Shown: piece after piece, positions 39,891 to 49,756 of the stretch | Layout: the number at the start of each line of letters is the position of its first letter | Position numbering within the stretch: the first letter of the stretch is position 1 | Origin: Oceanispirochaeta sp. | GTDB taxonomy: Bacteria; Spirochaetota; Spirochaetia; DSM-2461 | NCBI GenBank assembly: GCA_963666275.2 | Contig: CAXXOA010000002.1 | Coordinates: 1,760,001-1,824,000, forward strand | DNA: 64,000 bases | Direction: 5' to 3' | The notes under the pieces: generated by a model | Told to the model about the DNA's origin: nothing | Seen by the model: the letters and a program-made list of their open reading frames with translations, nothing else | Database searches by the model: none | Position numbers and translations under genes: made by a program

Positions 39891-41153
39891 ATGCCCGACA
39901 GACGATTTAAAAGACTATTTTCTCTTTTCCTGTTTCTGAGTGTCCTTTCAGCGGGACTCGCAGCCAGGACTCTTCGTATCTGGGATTTCAAATACACCGA
40001 TCCCCAGACCCGGACCGCCATGCTCCGGGTGGATCATCTTTTTCAGGAACAGTATCCGGATATTGAAATAGAGCATACGGGATTTTTTGATCAGGAGTAT
40101 ATTCCCTCTCTCCGCGCGGCCCTTCTGGCAGGGACAGGGCCGGATATCCTCTGGCTCCATCCCGGCACAGAGTTTTCCGAATTTCTGCCCTATCTGGAGT
40201 CTCTGGATACCTCCCTTGCGGGTACGCCTATCCAGTTCAGAGAAAAATCCCTGGCCATGTGCCTGGGTCAGGACGGACAGGTCCGGGCGCTCCCTCTGAC
40301 CGTTCAGGGAATCGGCTGGTATTACAGCAGGGAGGCTTTCCGTCAGGCCGGTCTGGATGCGGAGACTCCTCCCGAATCTCTGGAAGCTTTTCTGCAGGCC
40401 TGCTCTGTCCTCAAGGAGGCGGGGATCACTCCCATTGCCACGGGAAATAACAGGCCCCTCACAACGGAATTTCTCAGAAGGACACTGATCTCCGGATTTT
40501 TCACAGAAGAGGAAATCCGGGATTTCTATACGGTGGGGCGGGGGATCGGTACAGCCCGGTTCCGGAAAATCATAGCCTTCTGCCGGGAGCTGAAGGATCT
40601 GGAATACTTTGATCCCCGGGGGCTCTTTCTTCCCTATTTCAATGATGCCGTAGACAGCTTCAGCTCGGGAGAGGCTGCCATGATTCCGGGGCTCCTTTCG
40701 GATATCGCCCACTGGAAGACTTTCTCCGATGCTCTGGGAGCTGACAATGTGGGGTACTTTCCCAATCTTCAGTTTCCCGGAATGGAACGGCCGGGAGTAC
40801 AGCTCCTGCAGGATGCGGGGGTCATGGTCTGTATGAACAGCGCTTCAGCCTATAAAGAGGATGCTTTCCTCTACATGGCCCATCTTTTTTCTCCTGCCTC
40901 CCAGAAAATGCTCGCAGAAGATCTGGGCCTCCTCTCTCCGCTGGAATCCGCCTCCCTGCCGCTGGAAAAGTACCCGGTTCTGAGGGATATTCAGTCTGCC
41001 ATGGAGTTCAGTTCCTCGGATCCCGAACTTTTCGTCCCCTCCCTATATGTGACAGATATGCAGTACAGGCTGGATGACCTGCTGATAAACACAGGGGAAA
41101 TTACAGTAGATGAGTATCTGATCAAACTTATCAAAGAGTTAAAGCTTTATTAA
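39891..41153 (+). CDS. Carbohydrate-binding SBP paralogue 1 (possibly sensory)
   Basis: Signal peptide; WDFKY, GPDI, PLTVQGIGWYY and SDIAHWK shared with the next gene. Confidence 0.85.
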   Translation: MPDRRFKRLFSLFLFLSVLSAGLAARTLRIWDFKYTDPQTRTAMLRVDHLFQEQYPDIEIEHTGFFDQEYIPSLRAALLAGTGPDILWLHPGTEFSEFLPYLESLDTSLAGTPIQFREKSLAMCLGQDGQVRALPLTVQGIGWYYSREAFRQAGLDAETPPESLEAFLQACSVLKEAGITPIATGNNRPLTTEFLRRTLISGFFTEEEIRDFYTVGRGIGTARFRKIIAFCRELKDLEYFDPRGLFLPYFNDAVDSFSSGEAAMIPGLLSDIAHWKTFSDALGADNVGYFPNLQFPGMERPGVQLLQDAGVMVCMNSASAYKEDAFLYMAHLFSPASQKMLAEDLGLLSPLESASLPLEKYPVLRDIQSAMEFSSSDPELFVPSLYVTDMQYRLDDLLINTGEITVDEYLIKLIKELKLY

Positions 41154-41321
41154 AAAAGCAGCAGATTTTTGGAAGATTTTTCCAATTAAAGCAGAAAATG
41201 GAAGTTTTTGCAGGAACTGAGAGTCCTGAAAAACCGAATTTAAGAGTCTCTGTGGATATTGAAACTTTTCGATTCTGAATTCCTCCCGCCACAATGGGCT
41301 ATACCAAACAGGAGGAACCAA

Positions 41322-42611
41322 ATGCAAAAAAAAGGTTTCATTTTATTTTATGTATTACTATTTCTCATTACACCCATGATTTTTTCAGCAGGTCAGCAGG
41401 ATGCTGCTGATGACGGCAGTGTGACACTGACCGTATGGGACTTCAAATACAGCGAAGAGATTGTCGGATCCGCACTGAAGGATATGGACTCTCTCTATAT
41501 GACTGCCAATCCCAATGTCACGATTGAGCACATCGCCCAGCCCCATGATAACTACTATGAAATCCTGGCGGCCGCTCTGGGATCCGGAACCGGACCCGAT
41601 ATCATTATGGCTCATACGGATCAGAGAATCTGGAACATGGAGGAGTTCCTTCTGACTCTTGATCCCTATGTGGCTGATTGGAAGGACGATATTTCCGATT
41701 CCGCCTGGGCTGCCTGTTCCGCTTCCAGATCGAGCGATAAGGATCTGAAAATTGTTCCCCTTACAGCGCAGGGACTGGGAATCTATTACAACAAAGCCAA
41801 TCTGGCAAAAGCCGGTGTGGATACCTCTTCCGCCCCCCGCAGCTGGGATGATTTCCTGGCCGCCTGTGAAAAACTGAAAGCCGCCGGAATTCCCCCTGTG
41901 GTTATGGGGAACGGCGGACAGCCCTTCGGTATCGATTTTGCCTACAGAGTCCTTCTTGCCAATTTCTACGGCGATGACCTGAGCGGTTTCAGCAGCGGTA
42001 AAGCCAATTTTACCGATGAAGAGTTCATTGAAGCCACCAGGATGATCAAAACTCTCTATACCAAAGGCTATGTGATGACAGAAAATAACAGCATGCCCTA
42101 TTTTATGGATGCCATTGAAGTTTTCAAAACCGGAGAGGGGGGATTCTTTTTCGGGCTGACATCCGATATTGCCCATTGGAAAGATTTCGGAGATGCCTTC
42201 GGATATGAGAACCTGGGGTACATGCCTACCATCAACACACCTGCCGCCGCCTATACGGATAGACAGAGCAGTCAGGGCGCTGGAATCGGATTCGCCGTTC
42301 TGGACAGCTCTAAAAACAAGGAAGCCGCCGTTGAGTTCCTGAGTTCCTATGTTCACGGGGAATCAGCCAAACTCTTCCTGGAAAGAACCGGAGCCATTGT
42401 TCCCAACAAGAACCTGCCCATCGAGAACGAATCCCTTGCGGAAGTTGTCAGCTACATGGGTAAAAACGCGGTTCCCGACTTCTATAACCAGCTGGATGCC
42501 GGTTTCGGAGCAGAGTTCTACAACTATGTGCAGCTCTTCTTCCTGGCCGATGAGATCTCTCTGAACGAGTACATCGAAAGCCTCCAGAAAGCCTACGAAA
42601 TGAACCTCTAG
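41322..42611 (+). CDS. Carbohydrate ABC transporter SBP paralogue 2
   Basis: AGGAGG RBS; FSAGQQD leader; WDFKY, PLTAQGLGIYYNK, SDIAHWK. Confidence 0.9.
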   Translation: MQKKGFILFYVLLFLITPMIFSAGQQDAADDGSVTLTVWDFKYSEEIVGSALKDMDSLYMTANPNVTIEHIAQPHDNYYEILAAALGSGTGPDIIMAHTDQRIWNMEEFLLTLDPYVADWKDDISDSAWAACSASRSSDKDLKIVPLTAQGLGIYYNKANLAKAGVDTSSAPRSWDDFLAACEKLKAAGIPPVVMGNGGQPFGIDFAYRVLLANFYGDDLSGFSSGKANFTDEEFIEATRMIKTLYTKGYVMTENNSMPYFMDAIEVFKTGEGGFFFGLTSDIAHWKDFGDAFGYENLGYMPTINTPAAAYTDRQSSQGAGIGFAVLDSSKNKEAAVEFLSSYVHGESAKLFLERTGAIVPNKNLPIENESLAEVVSYMGKNAVPDFYNQLDAGFGAEFYNYVQLFFLADEISLNEYIESLQKAYEMNL

Positions 42612-42619
42612 TAATAATG

Positions 42620-42868
42620 CTCCCTCTCCCTCTGGGAGAGGGTCGGGGAGAGGGAAATCCTCACTTCGGCTGCTTCGGCTCCGCTCAGGGGCCACGGGTC
42701 GGGGAGAGGGTTACTGTTCATAAAAATTGAAATCAGAGGGTTTCGGACTCTATTCCAACCCTCACCCCCAGCCCCTCTCCCATAAGGAGAGGGGAGGAAA
42801 AAATAAGATAAATCCCCTCTTCCACTGTTTCGGAACGAAAAGGAAGAAGAGAGGGGCAGGGAGAGGGC
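42620..42868. repeat. Mosaic of BoxC/REP-like palindromes between SBP and permease
   Basis: ccctctccc-tct-gggagaggg 42622-42642, repeated gggtcggggagaggg, cttcggctccgctcaggg, a copy of the nifK-nifE element at 42754-42794, and cccctctt...aagagagggg. Confidence 0.8.
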
Positions 42869-42904
42869 TCTTTGTGAAACCTCTCCGGGTAAGGAATCGT
42901 AAAT

Positions 42905-43801
42905 ATGTCTAAAAAACAGTTAATACAACAACAGGAACAGAGGGATGCATTTATTCTGCTTTCGCCTCTCCTTCTGCTCATGCTGGTTTTCACGGTCTAT
43001 CCGGTGCTGGCAAACTTCTTCTACAGTATGACCGAATGGAAGGGATTCGGCTCTGCCGAGTGGGTGGGCTTCCGGAATTACGCCCGCATGTTTCAGGATG
43101 TCAAATTCTGGCACTCCCTCAAAAACCTGGGAGTCCTTATCCTTTATATTCCTCTGGGAGTTTTTGTTCCTCTTCTGATCGCCGCCATCCTGAGGGACGG
43201 GCTGAAAGGGTGGACATTCTTCCGCTCTGTGATCTATCTGCCCACAATTCTGGGATATATTATCCTGGGGACACTGTTCAGTATCATCCTGAGCCAGACA
43301 GGACCTCTCACCGAAGTGCTGACCTTTTTCGGAGTCAAAGACGCCAATACAATCAACCTGCTGGGACAGTCCAGATCGGCCATCCACGTGGTGGCGGTTA
43401 TCTTTGTGATCTTTACAAAAATGGGATTCGGATGCATTTACTTTCTGGCAGCCATGAGCAGCATCGATGCGGGTATGTATGATGCCGCCGGTATCGACGG
43501 TGCCAGCTGGTGGCAGAAGTTTATCCATATCACCATACCCAGTATCAGTTTTTCCGTTCAGTTCTTTCTGGTTCTCTCGTTCATTGAAGTTTTTGCCAGA
43601 ATGTACAGTTTTATCTATACCCTCACCTACGGCGGCCCCGGATTTGCCACGTTCACTCTGGAGTTCGGTATCTACCGCCAGGGATTTCAGGCTTTCAAAA
43701 TGGGATACGCTTCCAGCTGGGCTGTGGTCCTTTTCCTTTTCTGCTCCCTCATTGCGGCCGCCCAGATCCATGTCCTGAAAAAAGGAGATCAGCTCTCATG
43801 A
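42905..43801 (+). CDS. Carbohydrate ABC permease (MalF-like)
   Basis: VGFRNY, DAAGIDGAS, MGYAS. Confidence 0.92.
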   Translation: MSKKQLIQQQEQRDAFILLSPLLLLMLVFTVYPVLANFFYSMTEWKGFGSAEWVGFRNYARMFQDVKFWHSLKNLGVLILYIPLGVFVPLLIAAILRDGLKGWTFFRSVIYLPTILGYIILGTLFSIILSQTGPLTEVLTFFGVKDANTINLLGQSRSAIHVVAVIFVIFTKMGFGCIYFLAAMSSIDAGMYDAAGIDGASWWQKFIHITIPSISFSVQFFLVLSFIEVFARMYSFIYTLTYGGPGFATFTLEFGIYRQGFQAFKMGYASSWAVVLFLFCSLIAAAQIHVLKKGDQLS

Positions 43802-44637
43802 CTCTTAAAACAAAGTCCTGGAATGTTTCCAAAGGATTCACCTATATATTTCTCATTCTGGTCACACTTGTGAGCCTCTATCCTATCTATTTCTCTTTCA
43901 TATCCAGTTTTAAAAGCGTGGAAGACTATACGTTCAGCAAAACCGCACTCCCAGCAGTCTGGGTATGGGATAACTATCTTTATGTTTTTAAAAACCTGAA
44001 CTTCCTCGGCTACACCATGAACTCCCTTTTTCTGGTGCTGACGGGGATGATCCTCTATATCTTTGTCTGTAATGCCGCGGGATTTGCCCTGGGTATGCTC
44101 CGGTTTCGGTTCAAGCTTCCCATTTTTACCTTTGTCCTGTTTTTTCAGATATTTCCCCAGATGGTCATTGCCGCCCAGGTCTACAGGATCTGTTCAAAAA
44201 TCGGTTTGATGAACTCTCATCTGGGACTCATCCTTGTGTGGGTAGCCTATTTCGCCCCCTTCGGGACATACATCATGTCCACCTACTATGCCACCATCCC
44301 CCGGGCTCTCATTGAGTCTGCCCGGATGGACGGAGCAGGAGTATTCCGTCAGCTCTTTAATATCATGATGCCCGTGGCAACTCCCATGATCGGTACCATC
44401 GCCATTGTGGGCTCTCTGGGGATGTGGACGGAACTGCCCTTTTCTCTGCTCCTGATTCAGGATCCCGCCAAAAGGCCTCTCTCCCTGGGGATCGCCATTA
44501 TGAAGGGTGAGCACGGGATTCCCATCCCCATCCTCACGGCAGCGATCCTGATTTCGGCTCTGATCCCCCTGGTGTTCTATTTCTTTTTTCAGAACAGGAT
44601 CCATATGGAATCCACCGCCGGTTCGGTCAAAGGTTAA
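43798..44637 (+). CDS. Carbohydrate ABC permease (MalG-like)
   Basis: ESARMDGA, C-terminal GSVKG. Confidence 0.92.
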   Translation: MTLKTKSWNVSKGFTYIFLILVTLVSLYPIYFSFISSFKSVEDYTFSKTALPAVWVWDNYLYVFKNLNFLGYTMNSLFLVLTGMILYIFVCNAAGFALGMLRFRFKLPIFTFVLFFQIFPQMVIAAQVYRICSKIGLMNSHLGLILVWVAYFAPFGTYIMSTYYATIPRALIESARMDGAGVFRQLFNIMMPVATPMIGTIAIVGSLGMWTELPFSLLLIQDPAKRPLSLGIAIMKGEHGIPIPILTAAILISALIPLVFYFFFQNRIHMESTAGSVKG

Positions 44638-44660
44638 AGATTATTTAAAAGGAAGAAACA

Positions 44661-45740
44661 ATGGAATTGACTTGGAAAGATAACTGGCCTGAAACAAGGC
44701 AGCACTATAGGGACTGGTGGAACCATAAAAGTTTTATCATCAGCCACTGGGGATCCGGTCTGGATACAGGAAAAAGCCTCTATGACATCCCGGAAGTTCC
44801 CGAGACAGCGGACCCGGTGCAGAGGCATACCGATGCCTCCTGGATCATCCCTCACGAAGAGTATACCCTCTCTCGGAACTGGCAGGGCGCTGACTTTATG
44901 CCCATCGCCTTTCCCGATTACGGTACTGTCACACTGGCCACATTTCTGGGAACAGAGCCCCGGTATGAAGAGGAGTATGTCCTCTATAAACACAGTGACC
45001 TGACCCCCGAAAACGACTATCCCCTGACTCTGGATAAAAAGAATTCCCACTATCAGTTTATGCTGAATCTCTCTAAAGGGCTCAAAGAGCGGTCTCAGGG
45101 ACGGTTCACCGTGGGAACCCCCGCCTTCATGCCCGGTCTGGACGTACTGGCCGAGCTGAGGGGCACCAATGAGCTCCTGATGGATCTGGTTCTGAATCCC
45201 GACTGGGTCAAAGCCAAAATGGAAGAGATCAATCAGGTCTATTTCGAGGCCTATGAAGACTTCTACAAAGCCCTCTCCTGGGAGGACGGCAGTATCAACA
45301 CCGGGTACTTTATGGTCTGGGGGCCCGGGAAAACCGCCTTCTCTCAGTGTGACTTTTCCGCCATGATCAGCCCGGATATGTTCGAGGAGTTTGAACTGCC
45401 CTGGCTGACACAGCACTGCGACTATATGGACAATATCATCTACCATCTGGACGGTCCCGATGCGGTGAACAAGCTGGACCACCTGCTGCAGGTGAAGAAT
45501 CTGGATGCCATTCAGTGGACTCCGGGGCCTCAGCTTCCCCAGGGGGGAGACCCCCAGTGGTACGACATGTACAAAAAAATAAAAGCCGCCGGAAAGTCGG
45601 TCCAGGCTCCCTGGGTCAAGCCGGAGGAGGTTGTTCCCCTCCTCGACAGTGTGGGCCCGGAAGGCCTGTATATTATGGTGGACTTCAAAACCCGACAGGA
45701 AGTGGAAGATGTACTGAAAAAGGTGGAACCCTACAGATGA
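44661..45740 (+). CDS. URO-D/MtaA-CmuA superfamily protein of unknown function
   Basis: LAELRG.NELLMDL..NP, QCDFSAMISPDMFEEF, YHLDG, IQWTPG. Confidence 0.72.
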   Translation: MELTWKDNWPETRQHYRDWWNHKSFIISHWGSGLDTGKSLYDIPEVPETADPVQRHTDASWIIPHEEYTLSRNWQGADFMPIAFPDYGTVTLATFLGTEPRYEEEYVLYKHSDLTPENDYPLTLDKKNSHYQFMLNLSKGLKERSQGRFTVGTPAFMPGLDVLAELRGTNELLMDLVLNPDWVKAKMEEINQVYFEAYEDFYKALSWEDGSINTGYFMVWGPGKTAFSQCDFSAMISPDMFEEFELPWLTQHCDYMDNIIYHLDGPDAVNKLDHLLQVKNLDAIQWTPGPQLPQGGDPQWYDMYKKIKAAGKSVQAPWVKPEEVVPLLDSVGPEGLYIMVDFKTRQEVEDVLKKVEPYR

Positions 45741-47992
45741 GACAGCTTAATGATTTTATGACAGACATGGCCGACCTGGATCAGCATCCCGAAGGTATAC
45801 TCTGGCGGGCCCTGTCCCCCACTGAGGTCAGGGAGGAAAAGGGGAAGGTCCTCCTTACCATACCCTTTGCTCCTTTCAGCCTTCAGGGGAGCTTAAAACC
45901 CCTGGAAGGGGAAGCACCCCGGATAAAGACTCTCACTCTGGAAGCTCCGGGAAGTGAGATCCTCCATCTCTACGATACCCACAGAAATTCTGTGATGCTG
46001 GACTATCATAAAACTCTGGCCCCTGAGACCCTGAGTGTTCAGGAAGAGGAGGCCCGCTGGGTTATCAGGAACTCTGCAGGGAGTCTCCGCGCCTCTTTTG
46101 AAAAGGAAAGAACCCCTGTGGAAGGATGGAGCGATCTGATCCGCCCGGCCTTTGATTCCCTCCGGGGAAGTCTCTTCCCCGACGGAAAGGTGAAAGCCGC
46201 TCTGAGCGGGGAGGATCAGTTCTTCCCTGAAAAAGTGGAGTCCCTGCCTCTGGCCTATCTGACCTATACGGAAGCCGGAGAGGAGAGGGGCGCAGGGCTG
46301 TTCTCTTTTCAGGCGGCCCATGATGAGCATTTTGCCGGAACAGGAGAGCGCTTCGCCGCCATGGACCTGAAAGGGAAAACCCTGGTCCTCGACAACACCG
46401 ACGGCCTGGGCGTAAACAGCCGCAGGGCCTACAAAAATGTGCCCTTTTTTCTTTCCAGCAGAGGGTACGGACTCTTTATGCATACCTCCTTTGAAGTCAG
46501 GCTCTCTCTGGCGGATATTTCCACCCGGGCAGCCCAGGGGCGCATGGACGAGGAGAATCTTGACCTCTTCATCATTGGCGGCGGCGCTCCCGAACCGGTA
46601 CTGAAGAACTACAGAAAATTGACAGGATTTCCTCCTCAATTGCCTTTGTGGAGTTATGGAACCTGGATGAGCCGGATGACCTACTTTTCCGCCGACGAGA
46701 TCGAAGAGATCTGTTCCCGTATGCGAAGGGAAGAGTACCCCTGCGATATGATCCATATCGATACGGGATGGTTTGAAACCGACTGGGTCTGTGAATGGAC
46801 CTTCAGCCCCGAGCGCTTTCCCGACCCTGCAGGGTTTATGAAAAAACTGCGAAACCAGGGGTACCGTGTCTCTCTCTGGCAGACTCCCAATATCGGTGAG
46901 GGCAACAAACTCCTGGAAGAGGCAAAGGCCAAACGCTATCTGGCTCCGCCCCGTTCCAAAGGGGTGAAGACCTCATCGGATTTCTCCGGTCAGGACTTTG
47001 GAGGGCAGATCGACTTTACCAATCCCGAAGCGGTAGCCTGGTATAAATCGATGATCCGGGATCTGATGGAAAAAGGCGCTTCTGTGATCAAAACCGACTT
47101 CGGTGAAAAGATTCAGATGGATGCGGACTATCTGGGTATGTCCCCCCGGGAGCTTCACAATCTCTACGGCCTGTTCTATCAGAAAGCCGCCTTTGAAGAG
47201 ACTGAGGATGCCACAGGGGAAGGTATTATCTGGGCCCGGGCCGGCTGGGCAGGCTGTCAGCGCTATCCCCTCCACTGGGGAGGCGACGCGGCGGCTACCT
47301 GGGACGGTCTGGCCGCTTCCATTCGCGGGGGTATCCATATCGGCCTCTCGGGCTTCGGATTCTGGAGCCATGATGTACCGGGTTTTCACGGGATCCCCGA
47401 GTTTATGAACACCCTGCCCACGGACAATCTCTATATGAGATGGACCCAGTTCGGTGTATTTTCCTCCCATCTGCGATATCACGGGACATCTCCCCGGGAG
47501 CCCTGGCACTACCCGGCGATCACCGATCATATCCGGAAATGGCTGCGTCTGCGCTACCATCTGATCCCCTATTTTATGAAACAGGCGGAGAAGGTCAGCC
47601 GGTCGGGCAGTCCGGTGCTGCAGGCCATGGTTTTTCAGTTCCCAGAAGATCCTGTGTGCTGGCATCTGGACGATCAGTTCTTCTGCGGAGAAGACTTCCT
47701 GGCCGCTCCGGTGATCAATGACTCTCATGAAAGAAAAGTCTATCTTCCCGAAGGGGAGTGGATAGATTTCTGGACAGGAGAGGCGTTCTCCGGCCCCCGG
47801 TGGGTGGAACATAAAGAAATTCCCCTGGATCAGATGCCCCTCTACTGCCGTAAAGGTGCCACCATTCCAGTGTATCCCGAACCGGTACTCACTACAGATG
47901 AAATGGATCTTAAAAAGACTATCGCTCTGGTTATGGATGATTCCTTCAGTGGCTGGCTGAATACGGATCATGCCAGGAAACTGGGCTGGTAA
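45737..47992 (+). CDS. GH31 glycoside hydrolase (YicI-like alpha-xylosidase type)
   Basis: YKNVPF, IDTGWF, nucleophile motif KTDFGE, WGGD, WSHDVPGF, RWTQFG, YLPEGEW; ATG 45737 overlaps the previous stop. Confidence 0.92.
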   Translation: MRQLNDFMTDMADLDQHPEGILWRALSPTEVREEKGKVLLTIPFAPFSLQGSLKPLEGEAPRIKTLTLEAPGSEILHLYDTHRNSVMLDYHKTLAPETLSVQEEEARWVIRNSAGSLRASFEKERTPVEGWSDLIRPAFDSLRGSLFPDGKVKAALSGEDQFFPEKVESLPLAYLTYTEAGEERGAGLFSFQAAHDEHFAGTGERFAAMDLKGKTLVLDNTDGLGVNSRRAYKNVPFFLSSRGYGLFMHTSFEVRLSLADISTRAAQGRMDEENLDLFIIGGGAPEPVLKNYRKLTGFPPQLPLWSYGTWMSRMTYFSADEIEEICSRMRREEYPCDMIHIDTGWFETDWVCEWTFSPERFPDPAGFMKKLRNQGYRVSLWQTPNIGEGNKLLEEAKAKRYLAPPRSKGVKTSSDFSGQDFGGQIDFTNPEAVAWYKSMIRDLMEKGASVIKTDFGEKIQMDADYLGMSPRELHNLYGLFYQKAAFEETEDATGEGIIWARAGWAGCQRYPLHWGGDAAATWDGLAASIRGGIHIGLSGFGFWSHDVPGFHGIPEFMNTLPTDNLYMRWTQFGVFSSHLRYHGTSPREPWHYPAITDHIRKWLRLRYHLIPYFMKQAEKVSRSGSPVLQAMVFQFPEDPVCWHLDDQFFCGEDFLAAPVINDSHERKVYLPEGEWIDFWTGEAFSGPRWVEHKEIPLDQMPLYCRKGATIPVYPEPVLTTDEMDLKKTIALVMDDSFSGWLNTDHARKLGW

Positions 47993-48125
47993 TAAATTCC
48001 ATTCTTAGCGATACTTTCTCCGGTTATTCAGTGGATGCTTTGCAAAAAGTACAGAAATCCGGAGAAAAATCTGAGAATGTCCTCCTTGTATTTTCTATTG
48101 CCGGGAAGTATTATAAACAGCATCT

Positions 48126-48428
48126 ATGCGTTTAAATGAAAGACAGGTACAGGCAATAAGGGACTCGGTTAAAAAGAACTTCCCTTCCGGCACCAGGGTG
48201 TATCTATTCGGTTCAAGGACTGATGATAATGCCCGGGGAGGAGATATTGATCTACTGATTGAAACGGCTCTTCAGGGGGTTGAACTGCAGAGTGCCAGAT
48301 ATAAAGCCATGTCAGATATATCCATGAAAATTGGAGATCAGAAAATAGATATTGTTATTACATCAGGGCGGGAAAAGGAAAAAAGTTTGATCCTGCTTGA
48401 AGCAGAGAAGGAAAAAATTCTGTTATGA
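48126..48428 (+). CDS. Minimal nucleotidyltransferase (MNT), putative antitoxin
   Basis: LFGSR...GGDIDLLI...KIDIV. Confidence 0.88.
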   Translation: MRLNERQVQAIRDSVKKNFPSGTRVYLFGSRTDDNARGGDIDLLIETALQGVELQSARYKAMSDISMKIGDQKIDIVITSGREKEKSLILLEAEKEKILL

Positions 48429-48928
48429 GAAGTATGGAAACAATACATGCTTCAATCCTTTCATCGATACAAGAGTGTGATTCTCATCTGGAAAATATGA
48501 AAAACGGTTTTGAAAGAATTCGGCCTTATCTGCCTCTGAAGGAGAAGGAGTTTCCCATTTCTGATGATGTTGTGATGGCCTTTATTGATCAGTTCCTTTT
48601 CCGTTTTTCAAAGTTGCAGGACTCCATTGCGAGGCGGCTTTGCCCCGGCTTGTTCCAATTGATAGAAAATGATATTTCACCCCATCCTTTTCTGGATATT
48701 CTCAACAGACTGGAAAAACTGGGAGCTATTTCATCAGTTGAAACATGGCAGTTTTTTCGATATCTGAGAAACAATCTGGCGCATGATTATCCCGAATCTT
48801 TAGAGCAGAATATAGCAAATCTCAATACCCTGTTTACGCGATGGACTGATTTTTCAGATCTTTACAGTGATCTGAAAAATACCTATATGAAATATTTTCC
48901 CGCTTCGGATACTCCCGAAAAGACTTAG
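48425..48928 (+). CDS. HEPN-domain protein, putative RNase toxin
   Basis: RX4H motif RNNLAH followed by DY; ATGA overlap with MNT. Confidence 0.82.
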   Translation: MRSMETIHASILSSIQECDSHLENMKNGFERIRPYLPLKEKEFPISDDVVMAFIDQFLFRFSKLQDSIARRLCPGLFQLIENDISPHPFLDILNRLEKLGAISSVETWQFFRYLRNNLAHDYPESLEQNIANLNTLFTRWTDFSDLYSDLKNTYMKYFPASDTPEKT

Positions 48929-48930
48929 CC

Positions 48931-49659
48931 ATGCTAGCAGGAGTCGATGGCTGCCGGGCCGGATGGATCGCTGTCTTCATTGACAGCGGCCGTTTCACTT
49001 ACGGTTTATACCCCCATTTCAAAGATCTTCTTCATGACAATCCCCGGCTGGAACGTATTCTCATCGATATCCCCCTGGGGCTCAGCTCTCCCGGATACCC
49101 CCGGACAGTGGAGGCCCTTCTTCGAAAGGAGCTGCCCGGCCGGGGGAGCACCGTATTCAATGTTCCCTGCCGGGCTGCTGTATACGAAGCGGACAAAGCG
49201 AAGGCCCGGGCCCATCATATCCGGGTGGAGGGGAAGTCCCTTTCCGAACAGTCCCTCAATATATGCGGAAAAATCCGGGATCTGGATGCCCTGCTGCCTC
49301 TGGAAAAGGGGCCGGTCCTTCTGGAGTCTCACCCGGAAGCGGGATTCAAATCACTCAATGAGGATAAGGTCGTTCTAACAAAGAAGAATACCCCGGAAGG
49401 TCTGGCAGAGCGGGTGGCTCTTCTGCAGGCGGTAAATCCTCAGACGCAAAAGGTATTTACCCGGATGTGCGGCACCTTTAAAAAGAAGGATGTCAAATCT
49501 GATGATATTCTGGATGCTCTCTGCCTCTGTGTGATCAATACCCTGTCAGAAGAGAAGGGCCTGAGGTTTCTGGAAGATCAAAACAGCCGGGATGAAAAGG
49601 GCATTCCCATCAGAGTCGCTCTGCTGGGTACCCGAATTACAACCCATGACCTCTCATAG
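48931..49659 (+). CDS. DUF429 family predicted RNase H-fold nuclease
   Basis: GVDGCRAGW, IDIPLGL, ESHPE, DDILDA. Confidence 0.82.
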   Translation: MLAGVDGCRAGWIAVFIDSGRFTYGLYPHFKDLLHDNPRLERILIDIPLGLSSPGYPRTVEALLRKELPGRGSTVFNVPCRAAVYEADKAKARAHHIRVEGKSLSEQSLNICGKIRDLDALLPLEKGPVLLESHPEAGFKSLNEDKVVLTKKNTPEGLAERVALLQAVNPQTQKVFTRMCGTFKKKDVKSDDILDALCLCVINTLSEEKGLRFLEDQNSRDEKGIPIRVALLGTRITTHDLS

Positions 49660-49681
49660 GGGAAGTCTGCACTGAAATGAT

Positions 49682-49723
49682 TCCTCCCATCTCCTTAAAG
49701 GGGAAGGGCCGGGGATGAAGGGT
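49682..49723. repeat. Degenerate BoxC/REP-like element between convergent genes
   Basis: cctcccatctccttaaaggggaagggccggggatgaaggg follows the pyrimidine/purine palindrome pattern of 42620-42654. Confidence 0.5.
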
Positions 49724-49756
49724 GGAAAAGTGCTACCCCTTCACAGAGGGGCTGAT

